Shown piece after piece: positions 62,495 through 64,000 of a stretch of 64,000 nt of DNA. The stretch is from Malacoraja senta (taxonomy: Eukaryota). The stretch spans positions 19,098,001 to 19,162,000 of the forward strand of contig CM075989.1 in NCBI GenBank assembly GCA_038087875.1, given 5' to 3'. Position 1 is the stretch's first letter, and each line of letters opens with the position of its first letter. Under the pieces are notes generated by a model. The model saw only the letters and a program-made list of their open reading frames with translations, was not told the DNA's origin and did not search any database. Position numbers and translations under genes: made by a program.

Positions 62495-63640
62495 TTAAAA
62501 TAGTATATGTGCCATTTATTATTTTTTGGTACATTTCAAAAGATTTACACAAGAACTGTTGAAGTAGTCACAAAACAGTTACAGAAAGAAAACCAAAAAT
62601 TGTACAATTGGTCCTACACGAAGTAAGTGCTTTAACAAGGGATCCTATAAGAATTCAAAAGGCTTTAACTCTTTGCCGATATCTCAGTAATGTTGTAATA
62701 GTCCACTTCTTACGAAATGAATTAAAATCTTGAAAAGATCACAGTGCATTTAAATCTACTGCATTGGATAACATCAAACAAACCACTTGAAACGACAACT
62801 TTGATTACTTTTTTTCCTGCTGCAATATGTGGAGTTTTCAAACAGTCAATGTCTACAGACCTAACCCAGACTTGTCATCTGCTACTGAACATTAATTTAC
62901 AATTCTGTGTATCAAAAACAAAAGAAAAATTCTGTCAAAATGAACATGCTGAACAAAAGAGAAATTTGCCACCTATTAATACTGCTACTATTCAGCGCAA
63001 TTCATATTGTATAATATACCCACATATATTCTGGAAAAGGTTTGTTTAAATAGATTCTCTACATTGTATTCCACTGTCTAATCTATTAATTAACCATAAG
63101 AGTATCACGTGTAGTTATTCTTAGCAATAAAACATAAGTAGTGCTTTGTGACAATATTTCGAAGTGCCTGACCTCAATACACTGCCACTTGGACTCAAGA
63201 AAGCATTACAATTATTTTGTTCCACAGCTTAACTTTACGCCTATTTTTTTGTTAGACAAAAGGGGACTCAAAGGCATGGGAAAATGGAAGCTTTAATAAA
63301 AATGTCTATTTAATAACATTTAAAAATGGTGAAATAATTACGAAGTTGGGGAAATACCTACTAACGCGCATTGTGGAAAAGGCAGAGACCACGACTAAAT
63401 ATTTTGTGCGGTGCAAGTGCAACTGAATTATGAGACCAATCCATGATTACATGAAACCCTGCCAGGTTTCTTAAATAATGATATAGTCACTACAGACTCG
63501 TTTAAATGTTACAGTCCCCAGTATTTTCACATTTCCTAAAGCAGACACAAAATCTAGAAGTCGCGCCATCATACTGCAAATGTCAAGAAATCCCCAAATG
63601 GAAACTTCACTCTGAATTGGAGGATCAACTCCAGGACGTT
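62495..63640 (-). other. GNB5: Putative GNB5 3' UTR with AATAAA signal at 62515-62520
   Basis: About 1.1 kb of AT-rich, repeat-free sequence after the TAA. Plus-strand tttatt at 62515-62520 reads AATAAA on the minus strand, and repeats resume just beyond it. Confidence 0.55.
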
Positions 63641-63652
63641 TTAAGCCCAGAT
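63641..63652 (-). CDS. GNB5: Probable terminal coding micro-exon of G protein beta-5 (I-W-A-stop)
   Basis: Minus strand reads gttaattgtaattttgttttgcAG|ATC TGG GCT TAA: branch-like sequence, T-rich tract, AG, then IWA-stop. Human GNB5 ends ...LRVWA and lies just upstream of BCL2L10 on the same strand. Only 12 nt are visible, so the call leans on synteny. Confidence 0.72.
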   Translation of the reverse strand: MWA

Positions 63653-64000
63653 CTGCAAAACAAAATTACAATTAACAATCTAAGTTTAACGAGCAGAGAC
63701 ACAAGAAACTGCAGATGCTGGAATCTTGAGCAAAAAAACAAGTGTCGGAGGAATTTGACAAATCAGGCAGCGTCTGCGGAGGGAATAGACAGACAACGCT
63801 TTGGGTCAAGACGCTTCGTCAGACCGATGGAATAGTGGGGAGAAAGCAGGTAAAGAGAGGTGAGGCTGGGAGCGTTTGACGGCACTGGGGCTGTACTCGC
63901 TGGAGTTTAGAAGGATGAGGGGGGACCTCTTTGAAACCTAACGAATAGTGAAAGGCCTAGATGGAGTGGCTGTGGAGAGGATGTTTCCACTACTGTGACA

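Overview
This is repeat-dense vertebrate genomic DNA, most likely from a cartilaginous fish (skate or ray), inferred from HE1-like V-SINEs, CR1/HER1-type LINE tails and Penelope-like elements. One complete host gene is present on the minus strand: a two-exon BCL2L10 (Nr-13/Nrz/Bcl-B) orthologue. Exon 1 CDS is 55873-56451 and exon 2 CDS is 52894-53016, giving 233 aa, and the gene sits in a CpG island. The protein carries a pure (CAG)11 polyQ tract and a Gly-Ala insert. The last coding micro-exon (I-W-A-stop, 63641-63652) and 3' UTR of a probable GNB5 lie upstream on the same strand, matching the human BCL2L10-GNB5 order. The left ~50 kb has no recognisable host exons. It is a mosaic of SINEs, CR1, Rex1/Babar, L2, RTE and Tx1/L1 LINE fragments, hAT and PIF/Harbinger MITEs, minisatellites, a 1.6-kb (TG)n tract and two 200-N gaps. 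The most striking non-genic signal is a family of short Penelope-derived insertions. Many fold back into long hairpins, have 10-15-bp target-site duplications, and carry a minimal hammerhead-ribozyme core (CUGAAGA-A-stem II-GAAA-CGUC/U); one copy forms a hairpin about 150 nt inside the BCL2L10 intron. All family assignments come from motif recognition by eye; no database search was run.
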